A stretch of 63,353 nt of DNA, filler included, from Reclinomonas americana ATCC 50394 (GCA_048213135.1; 7 parts of 3 records of this genome joined end to end with filler, not necessarily neighbours in it); one strand, 5' to 3'. Shown: positions 49,646-61,537, counted from the whole stretch's first letter. Translations and numbers: made by a program. Notes: generated from the letters alone by a model not told the origin.

Positions 49646-52600
49646 ATGGCGGAGCAGGAGCAGGCCGCGGTTTTCGATTACAAATCCGTGCTGCGACGAT
49701 TGTGCGCCAAGCCCGAGAACAAGGTATGAGCATAAAAAAGAAAGCGTGTGACTTTTTGCGGTTTGACACGCGTTTTTTTCTCATTCGGTTTATGTCTTCT
49801 TGTGTGTCTCTCAGACGTGTATTGACTGTGCGGCGAAGAATCCGACGTGGGCCTCTGTGCAGCACGGCATCTTTTTGTGCATTGAGTGTGCTGGTGTGCA
49901 TCGCTCGNNNNNNNNNNNNNNNNNNNNNNNNNNNNNNNNNNNNNNNNNNNNNNNNNNNNNNNNNNNNNNNNNNNNNNNNNNNNNNNNNNNNNNNNNNNNN
50001 NNNNNNNNNNNNNNNNNNNNNNNNNNNNNNNNNNNNNNNNNNNNNNNNNNNNNNNNNNNNNNNNNNNNNNNNNNNNNNNNNNNNNNNNNNNNNNNNNNNN
50101 NNNNNNNNNNNNNNNNNNNNNNNNNNNNNNNNNNNNNNNNNNNNNNNNNNNNNNNNNNNNNNNNNNNNNNNNNNNNNNNNNNNNNNNNNNNNNNNNNNNN
50201 NNNNNNNNNNNNNNNNNNNNNNNNNNNNNNNNNNNNNNNNNNNNNNNNNNNNNNNNNNNNNNNNNNNNNNNNNNNNNNNNNNNNNNNNNNNNNNNNNNNN
50301 NNNNNNNNNNNNNNNNNNNNNNNNNNNNNNNNNNNNNNNNNNNNNNNNNNNNNNNNNNNNNNNNNNNNNNNNNNNNNNNNNNNNNNNNNNNNNNNNNNNN
50401 NNNNNNNNNNNNNNNNNNNNNNNNNNNNNNNNNNNNNNNNNNNNNNNNNNNNNNNNNNNNNNNNNNNNNNNNNNNNNNNNNNNNNNNNNNNNNNNNNNNN
50501 NNNNNNNNNNNNNNNNNNNNNNNNNNNNNNNNNNNNNNNNNNNNNNNNNNNNNNNNNNNNNNNNNNNNNNNNNNNNNNNNNNNNNNNNNNNNNNNNNNNN
50601 NNNNNNNNNNNNNNNNNNNNNNNNNNNNNNNNNNNNNNNNNNNNNNNNNNNNNNNNNNNNNNNNNNNNNNNNNNNNNNNNNNNNNNNNNNNNNNNNNNNN
50701 NNNNNNNNNNNNNNNNNNNNNNNNNNNNNNNNNNNNNNNNNNNNNNNNNNNNNNNNNNNNNNNNNNNNNNNNNNNNNNNNCTTGGCGTGCATCTTACGTT
50801 TGTCAGGTGAGTGAGATTGGTGATGGAGAAGGAGGCAGGAGGAGAAGGGGAGGTCATGGGAAAGAGCGTGTGTGTGTGTGATTGTGAGTGGACAGCATGG
50901 GCGTGACGGTTTGATGATTCACTTTCGTTTTTTTCTGTGTCTCTTGGCTGGTGCTTGCTCTCCTCTCTCTCTCTCCCTCTCTCTCTCAGCGTGTGTGTAT
51001 AGCAATGTGAAGAAGAGCAGACGAGTGTGTGCGTTGTGGAGAACGCAGGAGAAAGTGACTTTGGTCACACTTTNNNNNNNNNNNNNNNNNNNNGTCACTC
51101 TTTCGTTTTTTCTGTCTCTGTTGGTCTCTTCTTGCTCTCCTCTTGTGCTCTCTCTCTCTCTCTCTCTGCGTGTGAATAGCAGTGTGAACGAGAGCAGACG
51201 AGTGTGTGCGCGCGCTGTGAACACTGGAGAGTGACTTTAGTCACACTTTTGTCACACTTTCGTTTTTTATGTGTCTCTGTTGGTCGCTTCTTGCTCTCCT
51301 CTTGTGCTCTCTCTCTCTCTCTCTGCGTGTGAATGCGAGCAGAAGCGCGTGGAGAACTCAGGCGAGTCACACTTTTGTCACTCTTTCGTTTTTTCTTAGT
51401 CTCTCTTGCTGTCCTCTGTTCTCTCTCGCCTTCCCTCTCTCTCTCGCACATACTCACTCTCCGTGTGTACATTGGAGTGTGCGCGCTTGGAGAACACAGA
51501 ATAGACTGACTTTGATCTCATTTATGATTCACTTTTGTATCTTGCTCTTTCGCGCTTTCTTGCTCTCTTGGCCTCTTGCTGCTCTCTCTGTGTGTATAGG
51601 TGAGTGTGCAGAAGAGCAGAAGAGTGTGCGTGCGCGAGTGGAGAGCAATCGAGAGACGGTTGTGGATTTTGGTCTCACTTTTGTCGCTCTTTCTTTCGTT
51701 CTTGCACGTGCGCGCGCACTGCTCTCGTGTCTTCTCTTCTCTACGCGTGCTTGTTCTGCACTGTGTGCGTGTCTTGTTGTGCGTCTGCATAACGGAAGAT
51801 CCTCGTGCGAAAATGAGCATGGCAATTTTTTCGGCCGCGAGCTATGTGTGTGTGTCTCTCTCTCTCTGTGTCATGAGTGAGTGAGTGAGTGCAGAAGTCG
51901 GCGGACTTCAGCTGAATGCTGCTGTCTCAAACTGTCTCTTGAGCGTGCAAGCGAGCAGTATCGAGAAGATTTGTGAGCGAAGCAGATTATAATACAGAAA
52001 AGAATCAAGTCGTCCCTTGCTCTGCCCCGTGCTCTGCCCCGTGCTCTGCCCCTTGCTCTGCCCCGTGCTCTGCCGTTTGCTCTGTCCTTTCTCGCTCCTT
52101 GCTCTGCCCTTTCTCTGCCCCTTGCTCTGTCCCTTGTCGCTCCTTGCTCTGCCCTTGCTCTGCCCTTGCTCTGCTCCTTGTTCTGCCGCTTGCTCTGTCC
52201 TTGCTCTGCCCTTGCTCTGCTCCTTGCTCTGCTCCTTGCTCGCCCCTTGCTCTGCCCTTGCTCTGCCCTTGCTCTGCTCCTTGCTCTGCTCCTTGTTCTG
52301 CCGCTTGCTCTGTCCTTGCTCTGCCCTTGCTCAGCTCCTTGCTCTTCTCCTTGCTCTGCCCTTGCTCTGCCCTTGCTCTGCCCATGGCTCTGTCCTTGCT
52401 CTGCTCCTTGCTCTGCTCCTTGCTCTGCCCTTGCTCTGCTCCTTGCTCTGCTCCTTGCTCTGCTCCTTGCTCTGCTCCTTGCTCTGCTCCTTGCTCTGCT
52501 CCTTGCTCTGTCCTTGCTCTGCCCTTGCTCTGCCCCCTTGCTCTGCCCTTGTTCTGCCCTTGTTCTGTCCCTTGCTCTGCCCCTTGCTCTGTCCTTGCTC

Positions 52601-55160
52601 TGCCCTTGTTCTGCCCATTGCTCTGCCCTTGCTCTGCCCTTGCTCTGCCCATGGCTCTGTCCTTGCTCTTCCCTTGCTCTGCCCTTGCTCTGCCCTTGCT
52701 CTGCCCTTGCTCTGCCCTTGCTCTGCCCTTGCTCTGCCCCTGCTCTGCCCCTGCTCTGCCCTTGCTCTGCCCTTGCTCTGCCCTTGCTCTGCCCTTGCTC
52801 TGCTCTTGCTCTGCCCTTGCTCTGCCCTTGCTCTGCCCATGGCTCTGCCCTTGCTCTGTCCATGGCTCTGTCCTTGCTCTTCCCTTGCTCTGCCCTTGCT
52901 CTGCCCCTGCTCTGCCCCTGCTCTGCCCTTGCTCTGCCCTTGCTCTGCCCTTGCTCTGCCCTTGCTCTGCCCTTGCTCTGCCCTTGCTCTGCCCTTGCTC
53001 TGTCCTTGCTCTGTCCTTGCTCTGCCCATGGCTCTGCTCATTGCTCTGCCCTTGCTCTGTCCTTGCTCTGCCCTTGTTCTGCCCATGGCTCTGTCCTTGC
53101 TCTGCTCCTTGCTCTGCCGCTTGCTCTGCCTCCAACTCTGCCCTTGCTCTGCCCCTTGCTCTCCCCTTCCCCTTCCCCCACCTCACCCCTTCCCTTCTCC
53201 CTCACCCTTCCCCCCTCCACTTCCCCCTTCCCCTTCCCCCCTTTCCTCTCTCCCCCCCTTCCTTCCCCTTTTTCCCTTTTNNNNNNNNNNNNNNNNNNNN
53301 NNNNNNNNNNNNNNNNNNNNNNNNNNNNNNNNNNNNNNNNNNNNNNNNNNNNNNNNNNNNNNNNNNNNNNNNNNNNNNNNNNNNNNNNNNNNNNNNNNNN
53401 NNNNNNNNNNNNNNNNNNNNNNNNNNNNNNNNNNNNNNNNNNNNNNNNNNNNNNNNNNNNNNNNNNNNNNNNNNNNNNNNNNNNNNNNNNNNNNNNNNNN
53501 NNNNNNNNNNNNNNNNNNNNNNNNNNNNNNNNNNNNNNNNNNNNNNNNNNNNNNNNNNNNNNNNNNNNNNNNNNNNNNNNNNNNNNNNNNNNNNNNNNNN
53601 NNNNNNNNNNNNNNNNNNNNNNNNNNNNNNNNNNNNNNNNNNNNNNNNNNNNNNNNNNNNNNNNNNNNNNNNNNNNNNNNNNNNNNNNNNNNNNNNNNNN
53701 NNNNNNNNNNNNNNNNNNNNNNNNNNNNNNNNNNNNNNNNNNNNNNNNNNNNNNNNNNNNNNNNNNNNNNNGCAGATCCTGCACCCTCGACACATGGTCC
53801 CGCGAGCAAGTCCGCTGCATGGAGGTCGGCGGCAACGCCCGCGCCCGCGCCTTTTTCCGCGCCCACGGCATTGACGGCATGAAGGCCGAGCGTCTCTACT
53901 CGTCGGCCCCCGCCGCGCAGTACCGCGCGCAGATCAAGGCGCTGTGCGCGCAGGCCGCGCAGGCCGAGCAGCAGCACAACGGCAACGGTAGCGCCTCCTC
54001 TGNNNNNNNNNNNNNNNNNNNNNNNNNNNNNNNNNNNNNNNNNNNNNNNNNNNNNNNNNNNNNNNNNNNNNNNNNNNNNNNNNNNNNNNNNNNNNNNNNN
54101 NNNNNNNNNNNNNNNNNNNNNNNNNNNNNNNNNNNNNNNNNNNNNNNNNNNNNNNNNNNNNNNNNNNNNNNNNNNNNNNNNNNNNNNNNNNNNNNNNNNN
54201 NNNNNNNNNNNNNNNNNNNNNNNNNNNNNNNNNNNNNNNNNNNNNNNNNNNNNNNNNNNNNNNNNNNNNNNNNNNNNNNNCCACGGCGGCGGCGGCCACC
54301 ACCACGACCACCACTGCTGCCTCGAGTGGATCGCTCGGACCCTCTTCTGTGGAGCCGCAGTTGCGTTTTCACAAAGGATGTTGACGAGTGGAAGGCAGGA
54401 GATTGACTAACGCGGGGCTGTCGCACAGTTTGGACGACGTGGAGGGCGATTTTGATGTCAAGCGCGAGGGATTGGATGTGCACGCGCTGATTGCCGATTT
54501 GGATCGCAGTCCGTCGGCGCCGTCGCGTGTGGCGTCGAGTTGCGTGAGGGGGAGGGAGTGGTGATGGGAAAGAGAGTGGAAGTGGAAACCGTGAGAGAGA
54601 TTGTTCAGAAGGGCCGATCTCTTTGCAGTGCTCCTTTGGGGAGTTGAAGCTCTGAAGTGAGAGTTTAATGCGAAAAACTGAATGCTCTTTTTTCTATTGA
54701 TGCTGCTTGCTTGTGACGCTTGTCATGAGATTGTTCTTTTCCCGTGTTTGTTTCGCTTCTACCGCAACCTTCTCTGTTTGTCTCTTACCCTCATCGTTCT
54801 CCCTCACTTATCTTGCCTCGCTTGTCTCCATTCTCTCGTCCCCCCCCATTCTCGTCCCTTGCTTCGCTCGCTTCTCTTCAATCCTTTTCTCTCATTTCTC
54901 GTCAGTCCTCTCGTTCCTCTCTCTCTCTCCTCGTTCCTCTCTCTCTCTTCTCGTTCCAACTGTGACTTCTCATTGTGTGTCTCTTTCTCTCCTTTTAACA
55001 TTCTCTCTCTTCCTATCGTCTCTCCACTGCTCCTCTCTTCCCCCCCCTTACGATTTTGTTGCCGATTCATGTCTTTTCCGAGACTGTTATTGCGTCTCGC
55101 TCGACAGTTGTTTCCGTCCGTTGCATCTCATTCCTCTTATTCTTGCGCTCTCTATTCTTC

Positions 55161-55206
<46 letters not shown>

Positions 55207-57072
55207 TCTCTTTTCTCCCACTTTCTCTTCAATCTTCTCTGTCTCTTCTCTCTTTTCTCTCTCTTCTCTTCACCACGCTCTCTTCTCCCTCTTCTCTCTT
55301 CTCGTTCTCTTCATTCACTTCTGTGTGCCTTTATTTGTGCCTCCCCTTTTCTAAACGCCCTTGTCCTTCTACTACCCCGCAGACATCGGCACCCCCACCA
55401 GCGCCTCCGCGAGAGCAGCCGCCCCCTGCTCCTCGTCGTCCTCGTCCTCTGCCAAGCGCCCACTGTCCAGCGCTGGCGGTCGCCGCAGTCTCGGCGCGAA
55501 GAAGGTGGAGGCCGGTACGGTCGCCCCGGCACCGTCACCTCCACCGCAGGCGCAGCGCGTCTCGTCGCCCGTGTCTCCGGCCGCGGAGAGCAGCAGCCCG
55601 GTGCCCAGTGGCGGGAATGTGCACTGTTGAGTTTGCGGTAATAGGGGAAGGGATGGGAGGGGAAAGGTCGTCGTTCAAGACTCGCCGTCTTACTACCTGT
55701 GTTTCATGGTCGTATCAACACTCTTTAAGAGAAAAGAGGGAGAGATAGAAGTGGTTCAGTTCACATCAGCTGCACTTTCATCGCTTGCCTTCCCCCGCAT
55801 TCGCCTGGTCGATCTGGCGTCGATTTTTCATCGCTAATCCTTCCTCTCCCTCGATTAGATTACCGCTCCTTCTTTCTGTTCTCGCAATTCTTCTTTTTGT
55901 TCAGTCTCTTCGACTTCTGTCTCTCTTCTTGCTGTCCACCCTCTGCCTCTCCTTTTTCTTATTCTCTCCTTCATGTTCTCCTTTCCTCCGTTCTCATCCC
56001 TTTATTCGTTCTCCCTTCCGCCTTCCCCCTTTCTCCTTCCTTTTCCCCCTGTTCCTTCCCCTTCTCCTCCCCTTCTCCTTCCCCTTCTCCTCCCCNNNNN
56101 NNNNNNNNNNNNNNNNNNNNNNNNNNNNNNNNNNNNNNNNNNNNNNNNNNNNNNNNNNNNNNNNNNNNNNNNNNNNNNNNNNNNNNNNNNNNNNNNNNNN
56201 NNNNNNNNNNNNNNNNNNNNNNNNNNNNNNNNNNNNNNNNNNNNNNNNNNNNNNNNNNNNNNNNNNNNNNNNNNNNNNNNNNNNNNNNNNNNNNNNNNNN
56301 NNNNNNNNNNNNNNNNNNNNNNNNNNNNNNNNNNNNNNNNNNNNNNNNNNNNNNNNNNNNNNNNNNNNNNNNNNNNNNNNNNNNNNNNNNNNNNNNNNNN
56401 NNNNNNNNNNNNNNNNNNNNNNNNNNNNNNNNNNNNNNNNNNNNNNNNNNNNNNNNNNNNNNNNNNNNNNNNNNNNNNNNNNNNNNNNNCCCCTTCTCCT
56501 CCCCCTTCTCCTCCCCTTCCACTTCTCCTTCCACTTCTCCTTCCACTTCTCCTTCCGCCTTCTCCCTTCTTTCTTCCCCTTCTTCTTCCCTTCTTCCTCC
56601 CCTTCTCCTCCCTTCTTCCTCCCCCTTCTCCTCCCCCTTCCCTTCCCCTTCTCCTTCCCCTTCTCCTTTTCCATTTCTCACCCCTTTCCCTATTATCGCA
56701 GTGAACAAATTCGCCTCCGCCAAGGCCATCTCCTCGGCCGACCTGCGCCGCGCGGAGGAAGAGGACGATCCGGAGGTCAAGGAGCGCATCGGTCGCTTCT
56801 CGGCCGCCCGCGGCATCTCCAGCGACATGTTCTTTGATCGTCAGGCCGACGCCTCACCGTCAGGTGCTGGTGGTGGTGGTGGTGGTGGCGGTGGATCGTC
56901 GCAGAGTGGTGAGTGGGTGGAGTAAGAGGAGGGGATGATTGATTGATGAAGTCGTCCTTACGCGTTTGCGACAGCCACCGATGCGGCCGCTGAGTTCGCC
57001 TCCAAGTTGGCGCTGCAGGCCAAGGATGACATGCGGCGTGTGGCGGGTTTCCTGAAGGAGGGTGGCGCGAAG
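49646..57072 (+). CDS. ADP-ribosylation factor GTPase-activating protein, ArfGAP2/3 (Glo3/AGD8-10) type; last exon not seen
   Basis: [53 protein letters not shown]...MEVGGNARA. Glo3 motifs [11 protein letters not shown] and [14 protein letters not shown], then [16 protein letters not shown]. Confidence 0.93.
52015..53160. repeat. 11-bp minisatellite (CCTTGCTCTGC)n in an ArfGAP intron
   Basis: Direct reading. It is the source of the [11 protein letters not shown] / [13 protein letters not shown]s. Confidence 0.95.
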
Positions 57073-57844
57073 GTTGGTGGTGTGGGAGAGGGGAAGGGAG
57101 ATGATGGGAAAGGGGGACGGGGAGGGAAAGGGAGAGGGTGCAGAGGGCGAGAGAGCGCGAAGGGACGGCAAGGACAGCGTGACCTTGATGCAGAGGATGC
57201 AGTCGATGACTGTAGAGAGGAGGAATAGAGAGTGAGGAAGAGTGAGAGTGAGAGCGAGAGAGAGAGTGGGAAGGGGAAATATGAACAAATGCAGAAAACG
57301 CAGTGTCGTGATGACAGGGTGGGTGAGTGAGAGAGAGAGAGAGAGAGAAGAAAAAAAGGAACAAGGAGTATCATAGGAGTGCCAGCAGAGAAAGTAAGGT
57401 ATGCGAGAGAGAGAGAGAGGAGGGAAGGAAAGAGAGACAAGAGTAAGTAACTAGTAGGGNNNNNNNNNNNNNNNNNNNNNNNNNNNNNNNNNNNNNNNNN
57501 NNNTTAATTAATTAANNNNNNNNNNNNNNNNNNNNNNNNNNNNNNNNNNNNNNNNNNNNTCTCTCTTCTCTTCTTCTTCTTCTTCTCTCTTCTCTCTCTC
57601 TCTCTCTACTCTTCTCTCTCTCCTCTACTCTCTTCTTCCTTTCTCTTCTCTTCTTCTTTCTTTCTTCTCTCTCTTCTCTCTTCTTTCTCTCTCTCTCTCG
57701 CTCTCTCTCTCCTCTGTCTGTCTGTCTGTCTGTCCTTCTTTCCTCCTCCTCCTCCTCCATCATCTCCTCCTGCCCCCTCACACTTTGCCTTCCCCCGCCC
57801 CTCCCCTCCTCCTTCTAATTCTTCTCCTTTCCCTTCGCCACCAG

Positions 57845-59166
57845 GACGCACTCCTCGCACGGCGACCTCCTGGCCCTTGCCGACTCCATGCAGGAGGCAC
57901 ACCTGCTCCACCTCAAGGATCTCTGGTCGCACGTCGCCCAGCGCACCGCCCCCAAAGCCGGCCCGCAGTACGGACTCGTACCTCTCGCGCGCCTCACTCC
58001 CCTCGACTTTGCCGACACGGTAACCCGACTCGCGCAGATCAAGTTGCGTACCCGCGCGCACTAGAGTGACTGCGTTGTGGTCAGCCAACACGTTATCGTC
58101 ACGGTTGCAGATTCATTTTCAATCACTCGGGTGACATTGGGAGGGAGGTGCTGCAGTGGCCGACCGTGCAGCTGCTCCTGCAGTGCGGAGTGATGCACAA
58201 ACAGACGTTGCGTTGGCGGTGGTGTACGAGTGACTCGCCCCGATGCCGCTCGAGGCCGGTTTTCTTGCACAACGATTCTCTTGACTCGCTTTCGTCCATG
58301 TTCATGTTCAGTCTTTCTTCCTTTCCTTGTCCATTCTCTCCCCATGCCACAATCCACCTCCACCAATTCACCCTTGCCCGTTTCCCGTTTCCCAACACCT
58401 CACCTCATCTTCATGTCCTCGGTGTGCAAGTTCTTTCTCGTTACCTTGACTGCAGTCGCCTTTCTCACATTCTACCACCTTTCCATCCTCCACCTCCAAC
58501 TCTTCTCTGTCTCTCTTTCCCTCTCCTCTCGCCTCTCAACATATTCTCGCGTAACTATTCTTGATTCGATACAAACTGGCGTGCTTGTGTTTTTTGACCA
58601 CTTTGTCTCTTTCGCCAGTCGTCCATTTTTCAGCCATTCTCTCTCATCTTTCACATTTNNNNNNNNNNNNNNNNNNNNNNNNNNNNNNNNNNNNNNNNNN
58701 NNNNNNNNNNNNNNNNNNNNNNNNNNNNNNNNNNNNNNNNNNNNNNNNNNNNNNNNNNNNNNNNNNNNNNNNNNNNNNNNNNNNNNNNNNNNNNNNNNNN
58801 NNNNNNNNNNNNNNNNNNNNNNNNNNNNNNNNNNNNNNNNNNNNNNNNNNNNNNNNNNNNNNNNNNNNNNNNNNNNNNNNNNNNNNNNNNNNNNNNNNNN
58901 NNNNNNNNNNNNNNNNNNNNNNNNNNNNNNNNNNNNNNNNNNNNNNNNNNNNNNNNNNNNNNNNNNNNNNNNNNNNNNNNNNNNNNNNNNNNNNNNNNNN
59001 NNNNNNNNTACCATCGCAGCTGTCTGTCGGCCAACGCGCCGCCCTCGCCGCCCGCACCCACCTCGGAATGGGAGGCGTCGGCTCTCTGCAGCGCGTGTTG
59101 CACGACGACGTACTGCCAATGTCGCCGCCGTCCTTGCGATTATCGTCAGACGAGAGAGCAATGTAG
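57845..59166 (+). CDS. 3' exons of an unidentified protein
   Basis: Exon 57845-58042 reads THSSHGDLLALADSMQEAHLLHLKDLWSHV...DFADTVTRLAQIK, 58111-58206 reads FIFNHSGDIGREVLQWPTVQLLLQCGVMHKQT, and a terminal exon reads LSVGQRAALAARTHLG...DERAM*. Family not recognised. Confidence 0.55.
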
Positions 59167-59314
59167 ATGTGTGATGAGGGCAGAGCACTGTCCTCTTCTC
59201 CTTCTTTTTACAGATACACCATATGCTACACTCTTCTCCTTCCCCCTTCTCCTCCTTCCCCCTTCTCCTCCTTCTCCCTTCCCCTCCTTCTCCCTTCTTC
59301 TCCTTCCCCTTCTA

Positions 59315-60400
59315 TCACATATGCATCTCGGGATCCACGCTACACCTATGCACAATGGCCGCCGCATCCTCGACGACAAAGCACCGCAGCACCATCTCCG
59401 GCAGGCACCGCGAATCCTCCCCGCCCTCCTGTCGCCGCTGCATCTCCTCTTGCACTGCTGCCATGGCCGCACGCGCCCAGTCGAGCTCTCGCAGCGCCAG
59501 GCCGCACGGTGTGGACCACACACGCACTCTGTAGTCCATGCAGCCACTCACCACGCGCTGCCCGTCGGGCGTGACGGCGACCGAGTACACTTGTGAAAAG
59601 TGGTCCGCCACCTGCCGCACCTCCAAGCCACTCGCCACGGACCACACGCGCACAGTGGTGTCGCCGTTTCCCGTGACCACGAACTGGCAGTCGGGAGTGA
59701 AGGCCACAGACCACACATCGCGCATGGGTCCCACGAATCGCTGCGCTTCCTTGCCCGTCGCCATTGACCACACTCGTGTGTTGGCCTCCCAGCTCCCACT
59801 GGCAATGTGCACATCGTCGCGGGCAACGGCCACAGAGCGCACCCAGTTGCTGTGCCCCTCGAATCGCTGCACCTCCTCTCCTCTCGCCAGTGACCACACG
59901 CGCACCGTGCGGTCTCGACTCCCGCTCACTATGCGCTGTCCATCATGTGTGGTGGTGACCGACATGACCGGGGCAGTGTGGCCCTCCAGTCGACGCACCT
60001 CCTCGCCACTCGACAGTGACCACAGGCGAATGGTGTTGTCACTGGCGCCACTCAGCGCGTGTCGACTGTCGCGCGTGGTGGCCACTGTCCACACCGAGTC
60101 AGTGTGACCCTCCAGTTGTCGCACCTCCTCGCCACTCGCCAGCGCCCACACTCGCAGTGCCTTGTCGCCACCTCCGCTCACGATGAACTCGCCAGTGGGA
60201 GTGACGGCGACGCACTGCACCCACGCAGTGTGTCCCTCCAGTCGTCGCACCTCTTGGCCTGTCAGCAGAGACCACACGCGCACAGTCTTATCTGAGCTGC
60301 CACTGGCAATGTGCTGGCCGTCTTCTGTGACGACCACAGAGTGCACGTAGTCGCCGTGCCCGACAAGGCGGTTGGTGAGGAGGAGGGGAGGGAATGACAT
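59315..60400 (-). CDS. Intronless WD40-repeat protein with seven internally similar 42-aa repeats (HET-E-like repeat type)
   Basis: Repeats such as GHTAWVQCVAVTPTGEFIVSGGGDKALRVWALASGEEVRQLE and GHTDSVWTVATTRDSRHALSGASDNTIRLWSLSSGEEVRRLE. ATG at 60400. Confidence 0.9.
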   Translation of the reverse strand: MSFPPLLLTNRLVGHGDYVHSVVVTEDGQHIASGSSDKTVRVWSLLTGQEVRRLEGHTAWVQCVAVTPTGEFIVSGGGDKALRVWALASGEEVRQLEGHTDSVWTVATTRDSRHALSGASDNTIRLWSLSSGEEVRRLEGHTAPVMSVTTTHDGQRIVSGSRDRTVRVWSLARGEEVQRFEGHSNWVRSVAVARDDVHIASGSWEANTRVWSMATGKEAQRFVGPMRDVWSVAFTPDCQFVVTGNGDTTVRVWSVASGLEVRQVADHFSQVYSVAVTPDGQRVVSGCMDYRVRVWSTPCGLALRELDWARAAMAAVQEEMQRRQEGGEDSRCLPEMVLRCFVVEDAAAIVHRCSVDPEMHM

Positions 60401-60777
60401 GTGTGCGCGTGAGAGAGAGAAGAGAAGAGTGAAAGGAGCAGGACGGAAAAACTCTCTTGCGCGACGCTCTTGCGGTGGCATGCAGAGCGGCACTTTGGTA
60501 AAGCGGTGGAAGGAGAAGGAAGTCGTTTCGAGGGTCGAAAGGGCGAGGTGCAGCTGCAGAGTTGATGACGATTAAATATTGCGAAGTCGAGAAGTCTGAG
60601 TAATTATAAGTGATCATGCAGCAGAAAAAGCTGATCATGACAAATCATCAGCTTCGTAACAGCAACACTCCTGTATGCTCTTGAGTGAGCATCTGAAACT
60701 GAGCTATCACGGAAACGGCGATCGCGAAGTCGATATCGATGACTTCGGACGAGCGCAGCGTACGGCTTTTCCTGACA

Positions 60778-61033
60778 CCAACAAGCAAGCAAACAGCTGT
60801 CTTGTGACAGAAGTCCCACCATATATGTGCAAACAAACACAAACACCAATTTTGAGGCAGCAGCAGGTTCCTTGTGTGTGTGTGTGTGTGTTCGCTCTCG
60901 GAGCTTCGAACAAGTCGGGAACTGCGATCTTCACCGCATAAGCGTGGTTGACCAGTGGATTTGACGCACTTGCATAGACGCATAGCGTTTTCTGCGATCG
61001 TACACGGCACATCGAATTCGGGAAGAGGCCATA
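60778..61033. mobile_element. Dispersed ~250-bp repeat, copy 2
   Basis: Matches 34663-34906. Degenerate fragments of its 5' part also occur at ~61230-61300. Confidence 0.65.
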
Positions 61034-61537
61034 AGCCAGGCAAACAAAAAGCAAAGCCGGGTCCAGATCCGTCAAGCAGGCAAAGCAAAAGCAAACAGTG
61101 GTGGTGTCGCGATCGTACGTTGGTGGCGTGGTTGAAACCAGAAGAGAGCGAGTCATGTTGTTGGTGAGGCTCATATCGGTGGTGGCTTCAGCAGGTTGCT
61201 GTTATTGTTGTTGTTGTCGCAGCAGATGTGATCCGAATATTCAACACTGAGGCAGCTGCAACAAACAAGCAACAACTTGCCTTGTTGAAAAAGTCCAACT
61301 CTCAGTGCAAGGGCGTCGTGTCCACAGATTGCGTCGCATTTCTAGACGACCACTGTTTAGCCACGCAGTCATGCGGCGCAGACCGGAACCGCAGTTCTCA
61401 GCAAACACACGCACACAAGAAAATCTACCGCTGCCCTCAAGATTGATGATTGAAACAGTTGAATCTGATCATCCAGAGAGCAGAAGCTTGTGCCACCCCG
61501 CCATCAAGATATCTGAAGCAGACTTCTCCCCATATAC

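Noticed and set aside
49908-50780. Possible insertion within the ArfGAP zinc-finger region
   Set aside because: The protein is contiguous across the gap (HRS|LGVH), so the Ns most likely hide an ordinary intron or an overestimated gap.
47784-53882. Long Cys/Leu-rich or Gln/Arg-rich ORFs ([27 protein letters not shown])
   Set aside because: They are translations of 15-bp and 11-bp intronic minisatellites plus N runs inside NOP56 and ArfGAP.
6539-57515. Recurrent TTAATTAATTAA motif
   Set aside because: Always embedded in N runs. It is an assembly linker, not biology, and contig order and orientation across these joins are uncertain.
1227-58213. GTTGCGT introns as an introner (intron-generating transposon) family
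   Set aside because: Similarity does not extend past +7 and lengths and 3' ends differ, so this is a splice signal rather than a shared element.
60563-60634. TGATGA...CTGA...TGATCA...CTGA box C/D snoRNA-like arrangement (similar one at 61444-61515)
   Set aside because: No terminal stem directly flanks the boxes, I can recognise no rRNA-complementary guide, and neither lies in a sense-strand intron.
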